This document shows, piece after piece, positions 54,961 to 64,000 of a DNA stretch of 64,000 bases. The notes under the pieces are model-generated. The model ran no database searches. It was not told where the DNA came from and saw only the letters and a list, made by a program, of their open reading frames with translations. This stretch comes from Nymphaea colorata (lineage: Eukaryota): contig NC_045138.2 of NCBI RefSeq assembly GCF_008831285.2, forward strand, positions 18,228,001 through 18,292,000, written 5' to 3'. Positions within the stretch are counted from its first letter, which is position 1; every line of letters begins with the position of its first letter. A program made the translations under genes and the position numbers.

Positions 54961-57900
54961 ATGTTCATCATTGGCAACAACCCTGACTCTGACACAATTG
55001 CCTTTTTGTTTAGGCATCTGTAATAGTCTCATGTGCTGAAATCCTTCCTGACCGATTATAGTTTCCTTGTGTATTGGCAACCAATTTTTTTCTCCTACAT
55101 CTTTTGCGACCATCCCTCGCTGGGTTGTTCACACGCAAGATGGGCCCAATGTTGAAGTCTCGCTGGAGTGACTGTCAAAGGTGGCAGCTTTCGCTTCACA
55201 CTCTAAAGAGTTGGTAGCAACAACATGGTTCGAAAGCCGCTGTCAACCCTCCTCGCAAACTCGCAGTTGCCGGGCAACTTCCTCGCTGTGATGGCGAAGG
55301 TCAAGGCTCGTGAGAAGCCATGGCAGCAAAGGACGCGTGTGCGATCACTGGGGAGGTTTTTTTTTCTTTCACTTTTATTATTTCTTAACGTTACGTGTTA
55401 ATTTTTTTAATTCTTTTTAATTATAAAGTGGGTGTTTGGAAATCGGGGGCTTGTTGAGATTGAAAAGCTATTTGTGCTACCTTAGCATGGTGCCGTGCCG
55501 GTGGCAATCACATGACGGCAGCCCGATTGGGTCACTGATCCATACGTCTCTCGTGCTGTTCACCAATATTTTAAACCAAACTCGACCCCAACCATGTTCA
55601 GGTACAGTGAAATGGAGCCCATTTGGAGTGCAGTCGAAACCCACCCTTAGCTCCACTGCTCCAGCCTCCCGCAGCGCCGTCGCGAGGGAGCGCATTCTGC
55701 CCATCCATTACTGGCGAGATTCCCCAACCTCCACCCCACTGCAGATCTCCCCTCGCGCCGGCGCTGCCTGCCTCGGCCCCCTACCTTCGCCGTCGCCACC
55801 TATGGTACAAATTTCAATGCTCAGATTTATACATTTCTCCGTTATTTCATATTCGAACTCCGAGTGACTAACTAATCTCCAGCAATGAGCATAAACATAT
55901 CATTTTTTTCTTTTTGTTTTGCTGCCACCCTTGCTCACGTTATATAAGCTATGTCAAGCTTTTTCCTTTGACGGTTAAGATCGTCGACTTCTTCCTCTCT
56001 GTTAACAATGGTGGCCGTCATCTTAACGTCGGTCGTCCTCCACCTCTTCTCCAGACTGGTCACCGCCTCTGACCCCTGTGTTGCCGCATCCCATGCTGCC
56101 GATGGCTCCGCCACCTTTTCCCTCCTCCACATCAACTCCAAATGCTTCCCCCCGTCAGCTCATGGTCCTCGGATCGTGAGATAACAAGCGGAATCGTATC
56201 CATTCATCCGATCCTCCATTAGGTTGATTGTTATTGGGAAACATCCTTTTCATTAGGACTACGAGTGGGCCGGCTCCAGCAAGCCTGAAAAACTTTTTGG
56301 CAGGTTAAGCGGCCATTATCTTTTTATCAATCGAGAATCCCGTTGGATAACTACTCTTATTTAAAACTCTTAATATTAATATTAAAAAGATTATATGTAA
56401 AACATAAATGAATAAATAATATATAAAAGCAAATAAGTATAAAATCTTAGCTCAGTAGTTAACCACAAGACACTTTTGAATTGGCCACATAATTAAATTG
56501 GTTTGACAATTTCTTGTAGTTGGCAACTGACACTTGAAGCCATAATTTTTTGCATATTCATTTGATTTTTGTGATAAATGAAAGATTGGAGGCCTACCGT
56601 CCAGCAGTTGTTTGTGGAGTAAGCAATAGCCCCTAGAAGCCGAGGCTTTCCCCACCCTCCAACGTTCTTATATTTGAAAATTGGCCACCCTACTTAAAAT
56701 TTGGCCTCCAATTTAGATATGAACGTACAAGGTCATATTTCTGTTTCATATTTGAATTTGGAGTCAAATACAAACCAAAGAAAAAAAGTCCTACCTGAAT
56801 CCAAGTCAGAATCTGATTTCACAATTTACATCCAATCTAATCCTGATTTGTACGTTTATATATAAATCTAAATCAAAATTTTAAATAAAGTGTAGCCGAT
56901 GTTCAAAATATAAGACCATTGAATATAAAATATTTATTTAAAACTAAATGCTATCTTCTCTCTCTCTCTACTGCGACGTTGCTTCCTTTGGCACTTTCAC
57001 ACTTGGCTTTCCGATCGAATGCTCTGGTTTGTCATTCTTTGCCTGTCAAGTCATACTAATACTACTGCCTTTGACCACCTCGTGCCATTCATTTTGCCAG
57101 CCAATGTATTCTATGTTTGGTTGCTCATTCTGCCACATTCTCTCCGTAACAGCTCATACTCTCTCCTTCCACTGTTCGCCTTCTTTTTCTTTTTACAGTT
57201 AAAGCTTGTCAGTTGAAGGACAACAACAAGGTGTTCAGAAACACAACCGTTCCGAAAGATTCTCTCACCTACTTGATGAACACTTGCGTGTATCTCGCAC
57301 TTTGCCTTGGCTACCGGCTGCGGTCGGCCGCTGATTAGATATTCATTATTTTCCTGTTTTCTATTATCTTTTTTGTTTGTTTTATGGTTTCTTGCTTATT
57401 TTGTTTTCTTTTCTTTTCTTTTTTTTCTGTTGATTTCTTTTCTTCGTGACTACTCATCACTCGATTTTTCTTAATGAATTCTCACGTACACACACACATA
57501 CTCTCATGATCAGGATAGCACTCTCTCCCTCGTTCCCTCTCATGATCAGGGTAGAAGTAACAGCACTTATCAAAATCTTTCTTTTTGGTGCATGCAGTTT
57601 TATTCCCTGTGAAGTTTTTCCGCGGAAAGCACCTGTTCAATTTTCTTCTTCTTAGTTGTTCACTGGTATTTGTTGTGCAGAATGTGAATTGATTGGATTC
57701 AAATCAGAGATGCTTTTAACCATATCCATTTTATTTTATATTCACATATTCGAATTTGAATTCAGATTTGAAAACAGACAAAGAAAAGTCCCCTTTGAAT
57801 CCTAATCCAAATATGATATTTGATTCCATAATTTGAGTTTCACCTGACTTCCATTTTTACTTTCACATCTGAATCTGAATTTGATCCAGAAAACGTGAAC

Positions 57901-58532
57901 CAATGAAAAAACGTTGGAAACCAGAAAAGACGTCAGGAAATAGGAAAATATGGAAAACTATTACACCCAGCTCCCTGTTTTTGCCTTCTATGCAGGGAAA
58001 GCAACGTCTATAGAATTCTAAGACTCATATTCCCAACAGAAATTACATGTGATATTCTTTTCTACTAAAACACATATACTTTTAGAAGGAACCCTGAGGG
58101 TATTTCTCTATGTTGGTGTCATTTGAAAGATTCAGTTTGGAGTAATCAAATCTATTATGTGGGTCTATGGATCGGTTTTATCTGAACCTTTGACGCCTCT
58201 TTCCTTGTTTTCTCTTCAACATGAAAAAAAAACAACCCACTGCTGAAAATCAGACCCAAAGAGAGAAACATATCAATGAAGAGAAGGATTGTTGGGGAAT
58301 AGATTGGCACGACACTAATACGAGATCTCTCATCTTCTCCCGTAACAGAGAAAGGGCGAGAGATGAGAGAAAACCTGCTATTTGCAGGGAAGTGTTTAGG
58401 CATCTGTCCGTGGGGGAGGGAGAGAGAGAGAGAGAGATAAAGAGAATGGGTTCAAAATACCAGAGGTGAATCTGCTGCGAGGAAAACCAATAGGTCGTTT
58501 GAGCTATGGTTGGGCCTGATCTTACCTACTGC

Positions 58533-58567
58533 GAAGAAGAAGAAGAAGAAGAAGAAGAAGAAGAAGA
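58533..58567. repeat. (GAA)n microsatellite
   Basis: Directly visible. Confidence 0.95.
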
Positions 58568-59312
58568 CGGTGAGCAGTGGCACAGAATCAGGAATGTGAG
58601 AGAAAGATAGAGAGAGGACGTTGATGGCAGGTGGAAAATGGTGGCAATGGCATTGAAAGACGTCCGAGAATCGGGGGGATGAGGCTGCCACTTCAGTGAG
58701 GCTTCTCTGCACAGGGTTAAGGTTAGGGGAGAAAATGATAAAGCGATGGTGAAGATCCGGATCAGCCCCAACTTTTTTTTGTTTTTTCTCTCATCCTGAA
58801 AACCTCGTCACGAAAATAGCGGAAACTTATTTTGGGAAACGAGCCCAAAAATTACTTTTTTTCATCCTACCGTAGATAAAGTTATAAACATTAAACAATT
58901 AAACAAGGATGGATTACGATTTTTCAATTTTTTTTGTGACTTTACAGTAATTTCCGAGGCATCAAACAAGCCTTGAGTAAATCACGATATGAATCATGAT
59001 CACAAATGGCGAAGTTGAATATGGCTATATCCAGTTTGACCGAGCGCCTGCTCCGCTCGTAATCGTAATTCAGTTAGAATCCCGAGCCAAGTACATAAAA
59101 AAATAATTTTTTGGTGAGTTCATGCCACGTTAGGTAACCTTGTATCTTTTAATATATATATATATATATAATTGGTATATGAGAAATTACTACAAGATAT
59201 AGGATAAAATTGAAACGACATATAAGTTAGGGATAAAGTTGTACAATGATTTGTAAGAAACATATATAATGCTGATCATTTTATTATTTGAAATATCTTA
59301 TTTTAATAAGTA

Positions 59313-59917
59313 GAAGGTAAAACTAAAAGATAATTTATGAATATTTTTATTTAGAAATGAAATCTTATCAAAATTGGAAATGAAAATGTAAAAATAGAAC
59401 ATAATTTATGAATTTCTTCATTGACGAAAGAAATCTTATTAGAATTTAGAAATAAAAAATATAGGATTAAAAACAATTTATTAGTCTTTTATTTAAGAAA
59501 GAAATCTTATTAACAATTGGAATTCAACAAGTTGGTGATACATCTATAAAATAAAAAATCTACCCCAGGCACCACCACTATTTACAGGGACAATAGAGAA
59601 TCTCAAGCTTCTTTGGGCATTCATCCAAGGATCTACTCTCTTCTACTTTTAAATATCATATTTAAAGTATTTTTTTGAAATCTAACCCTACCGATGTGAT
59701 CTTAACAATAGGTTGATGCATAATATACTTTTTTTTTTTGTGTTTTAATAGTGTTTTATAATAAGCAAAAATGAATTGCTCTCAAAGCATCAACATTTTG
59801 GTAAAAGAAATCAATATTTTTCATGAAAACAACTAGATTCAGAACATGTTTTATATCAAAATAATTTTCATAAATATATTAGGATGCTTATCTTTTATTT
59901 AAGATAACTTTTTTAGC
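59313..59917 (+). repeat. Isolated copy of cassette C, ~500 bp upstream of the RING hairpin
   Basis: Collinear match to 5498-6095 from 'aaggtaaaactaaaagataatttat' to 'tttaagataacttttt'. Confidence 0.9.
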
Positions 59918-60414
59918 TAATTGCTCCATTTCATTCTTTAATTTTTTTTTTTTGAGAAAAAAGGAGAAAGAGAGAGAATATATATTAACCCAAGTCCATG
60001 AAAACGTTAAACCTGAAAAAGAGATTATATTTAGGACTCAACTCTTAATTTTTATAAGAAGTTGAAGATACTACCATTTTCCCATAAGTTAAAATAAATT
60101 AATCAGACAACATGCTTTTGAAAAATATCCAAGGTAGCTGTATACATGTGACTGGTGCTATGGTGAAGCAGTGAGAGAAGGGGAGCACCATTCACATGGT
60201 TTTGTGGGGCAGAACACGCAGCCCGAGCAAACACGGGGAAGGACGTGTAAGCGTTCCCAATGGAACGGAAAGCCATTTCCTGCCCACACGACCATGAAAA
60301 AGCTCATCCTTCCACGGTTACAAATCTATGCTCTGCCGAACAACTGCAAACAATCACCCGAGCTCATCGATCACCGTCTCTCCAACAGCGCTGGCCGACA
60401 ATGGAACATGAAGT

Positions 60415-61245
60415 TTCACTCCGAAATTAACAACAGCATCATCCCAACTAATTGAAAAAAAAAAGAAATACATTAATTAAAAATTGTTTGGTTAACCCTT
60501 TGCTAAAAAAAATCCTTGACACTCACCCTCCTCTTCCTCAGCCTTTCGTCCTCTCCCCTCCTCCTCCTCTCCCCTTCTTCTTTTCCCTCAACACCACCAC
60601 CAGGAGCAGGCTTGTTCGCTTCCACCGGCATCTGAAACCTACAGACAGGACAGGTGTTGATGCAGTCATCGTGGTACCTATGCTTGCAGGGCGTCTCCCT
60701 CGCCTCCCCATATGCACCAAACCCCTCCAAGCACACAGAGCCTCCTCATCCTCCACCACCACGCTTGCCGATGCCTCCAAGCTTCCTTGGAGGCCGGAGA
60801 AGAAGAGGGCTCACCGCCACCAAAGAGCGAACCATTACTCAGGATCCTGTTCTATATGAATCGCTCAGCAGCTCAACGGGGCTCCTTGTTTGGACGATGA
60901 TATATTTCGTCCTCCTTTTAGGAAGTTGTGGAGGTGTCGGCAAGCGTGGTGGTGGAGAATGAGGAGGCTCGGTGCCCTCTGTGCTTGGAGGGGTCTGGCG
61001 CAGATGGGAAGGTGAGGGAAACGCCCTACAGGCATAGAGGAAGTGAACAAACCGGCTACTGGTGGTGGTGTTGATGGAGAGGACGAAGGGGGGAGGAGGA
61101 GGAGGGGAGAGGACGAAGGGCTGAGGAGGAGGAGCGTCAGGGTCGAGGATTTTTTTTAGCCAAGGGTTAACGAAACAATTTTTAATTAGTGTATTTTTTT
61201 TTTTTCAATTAGTTGAGATGACGCTGTTGTTAACTTGAGAGTGAA
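60415..61245. ncRNA. Hairpin built from an inverted duplication of a RING-H2 E3 ligase gene fragment (arms ~60415-60803 / ~60906-61245)
   Basis: Arms are reverse complements. The left arm (minus strand) reads '[16 protein letters not shown]...[36 protein letters not shown]' and the right arm (plus strand) reads 'EEARCPLCLEG..VRETPYRHR'. Both are defective. Confidence 0.65.
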
Positions 61246-62519
61246 TAAAGCAATGGACCAATGTTTTTCTCGTATACTAAACGAAATTACTAATATTTGA
61301 CATCGAGAAATCATGAAAATTTGTTAACTCCCATTTTTTTTTTAAAAAAAAAGATAAGTAGTTTCTCACATGAGGCTTTTTTAATAGCAAAATCTAGGTT
61401 TTTGTTTTCGTTTGGGTTCTTTGGAGGTCGGCGTTTGGTCATCGAGAAATCATGAAATTTGAGTGTGTTGCTATTTTGAGATATCGGACTCGGTTGGAGG
61501 AACAGAAATGGGCGGAGTCAATACTGTAAAAGGAACTTGTATGTTCAATTAAAGCGAATTTACCAGTGCTGTCTGGTTCGGGCTGAATCTGAATTAGGTT
61601 CCATTTGATAAGGAGACCCATTGTGGTCCTTAAGAAAGGGGCCGATTTTTTGTTAAATCGCATGAATAAGCCACAAATTAGGTGCCAATTTTCCAGCAAC
61701 TCTGGTAGAAATGATTATTCAGTTCGATGTTATTCAAATCGTTCTCTGAATCCAATGGAAAACTTATGGGTCAGCCAATTGGTTGAGTCGAATTAAACAG
61801 AAATTGTTTGTGAATTGGATAAAATCAAACAAATATATATAAAAACTAAACATTAAATACTTCGGATGGTATCTTAACAATAATTACTTAATAAAAATAC
61901 ATAAAAATTATGAATATTGCACTTTTACGTGGCAACCAATAAGCTGAAGCAAGAAGATCATTCTCTCCCTCTTGATATACTTTTATTCATATCCAACTTG
62001 GATTTTAGTCCTAGACAAAAAATATTATATATATTTAGGAAATCTCTTAGTTGTTGGAGGTTTTTTTTGTGCTTGATTCAAAAAAGGGAGTTTTTTTCCG
62101 TGATCTTTTTTGGGTTAAATAGTGGAAAAGGGGACCCAGGTTTTTCCTAGAGGTTGGCGCTAGGCCGGGCCGCCAGCCGGGGCCTTGGACCTGATGGGCC
62201 CTCCCAGCTAGGTGCTGTAATATTAAAAAAAATAAATTTTATTATTTTTTAAATTTAATAATATATATATTATTATTTAAATTATAATTTATATTAAATA
62301 TTTTATTTGATAATTTTATAAATATTTTTTTAATTGTCCAGGTTATATTTTATTATTTAAAATATAATTTATACTCAAAAAAATTATTTTGTAATTTTAA
62401 AATTATCTTTTGTAACTGAGCTGGTTATATTTTATTTCCTTTATCAATAAACTACAGGTCAATGGTGATCAGGTTGATAGAATCTTAGGATTCGTTCAAA
62501 CTCAAAGGAAACTAATTTT

Positions 62520-62701
62520 TTTATTATCAAAATGTGATGCTATGAGAGCTATTCATTTTTGCTTATTATAAAACACTATTCAAACAAAAAAAAATCAACC
62601 TACTATATATTGTGCATAAGATCACATTGGTAATTTTAAATTAAAAAAAAACACTTTAATTTAATATTTAAAGGGTCAGGCTTTTATCTCTGACCTATTG
62701 G

Positions 62702-62741
<40 letters not shown>

Positions 62742-62945
62742 AATTGATAGAAAACAGACCATTAGGTAAAACCAGATTGTTTAAACGTGATGCTTAAGGA
62801 TTTTTTTTTTGGCAATCTTATCTTATTAGTATGGTCTTCATGCAAAACATATATTAAATTGATCATTTTTTTTTATTTTAAATTGTGTTTTTATAATAAG
62901 CATAAATGAATGGCTCTCATAGCATCAATATTTTGATAAATGAAA
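62520..62945. mobile_element. Foldback/MITE-like element with central (TA)n; arms related to the 3' half of cassette C
   Basis: 'tgatgctatgagagctattcatttttgcttattataaaacac' (~62535-62576) pairs with 'gtgtttttataataagcataaatgaatggctctcatagcatca' (~62885-62927). Confidence 0.55.
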
Positions 62946-63103
62946 ATTCCACATTTTTCATAAAAAAAAAAAAAACTTGCGTCAAAGCAAGTTTTATATC
63001 AAAGTAGCTTTTATAAATATATTAGGATGTTTATATTTTATTTAAATTTCTAACTAAAAAAATCAAAAAGTCTGGTTTTTGTCCCTGATGTTTATATTGG
63101 GCA

Positions 63104-63150
<47 letters not shown>

Positions 63151-64000
63151 TTATTTATTTATTTCTCTGAATAATATTACCAAAAAATTACAAAATCAGA
63201 GGCTGTACAAAATGTATATAAAACAGAATGGAATCATTAACAAACTCAACACTTAAACTGATGCCTAATGGAAGATGATCACATTCTATTAATCTTTTCG
63301 TCATTAAGATTAAAAGGTGTTGTCTTCCCCCTTTTGTTTATACAAGTAAACCGTGTTCGAAGGAGCACCCAACTGTACTTTTATAGAACAATCCACAAGT
63401 ACAACTTGCCCTGATATTCGCCCACATATGGAATGCTCCTTAATCTTCCATCCTTTATCATAAAACGTCTGGATTCACGTATGAAACTGCATACATAATC
63501 TGTGATATTTGCAAATTTAAACAAGTTAGAGAAAAAAAAAATTATTGACTTACAAACTTCAAAAAAAATTAAACAACGGATCATTTACTCATTTCAAATA
63601 TGTTTTAGTTTCCTTGATTGGATGCGTTGATGCATGTATACCCAATGCATTTAAGTTGAAATCTAATCAGCCGTATTACAAATGACAGCAATACTTTTCT
63701 TAACTTTTATTTTCCCTATAGAATTGTGTTTCTCATAAAGTTTCACGTCGCATAAATCCATTATTTTACTGCCAAATATCATTACCACCTGGCTGTAATT
63801 ATATTAACATAAAAAAGGAAATGTTGGTGCCAATTGTCCAAAAAAAATGTAAATGTTTCTGGTATCCAAAATCTAGGAAAATTAATCCCATGTGTGAAAT
63901 CATAGCAAACAGATTGGACAAAAAATTAAAGTCTCCTTTACGGTTGTCGCCAAGCGCCGGTCTCGGCGCGTCCGGTAAGCATATGTCTCTCATCGACTCC

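Noticed and set aside
56960..57310. Coding-like minus-strand stretch (WQNEWHEVVKG)
   Set aside because: Multiple stops and no family I can recognise.

Overview
AT-rich plant (angiosperm-type) nuclear DNA with no clearly intact protein-coding gene. It contains (i) a ~19 kb tandem array (about 4060-23060) with five copies of a ~735-bp near-perfect hairpin (arms ~350 bp, conserved 26-nt loop); (ii) at least four more long hairpins of unrelated sequence (about 681-1007, 45008-45692, 50843-51909 and a RING-H2 gene-derived one at 60415-61245); (iii) a shared AT-rich cassette ('C') lying upstream of three different hairpin types; (iv) nested inverted segmental duplications that make about 0.2-50.8 kb a degenerate giant palindrome; (v) decayed gene pieces: GT17 glycosyltransferase (two places), SWI3C, a PLS-class PPR, a RING-H2 E3, and two LIFEGUARD/BI-1-like copies, one with all four exons and a single premature stop; (vi) hAT-type MITEs with 8-bp TSDs and a probable CACTA derivative. 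The most interesting hypothesis is a cluster of hairpin-RNA (siRNA/phasiRNA-type) loci built from gene fragments behind a common upstream cassette. All alignments and family assignments were made by eye from remembered motifs, expression cannot be seen from the sequence, and coordinates marked ~ are approximate.
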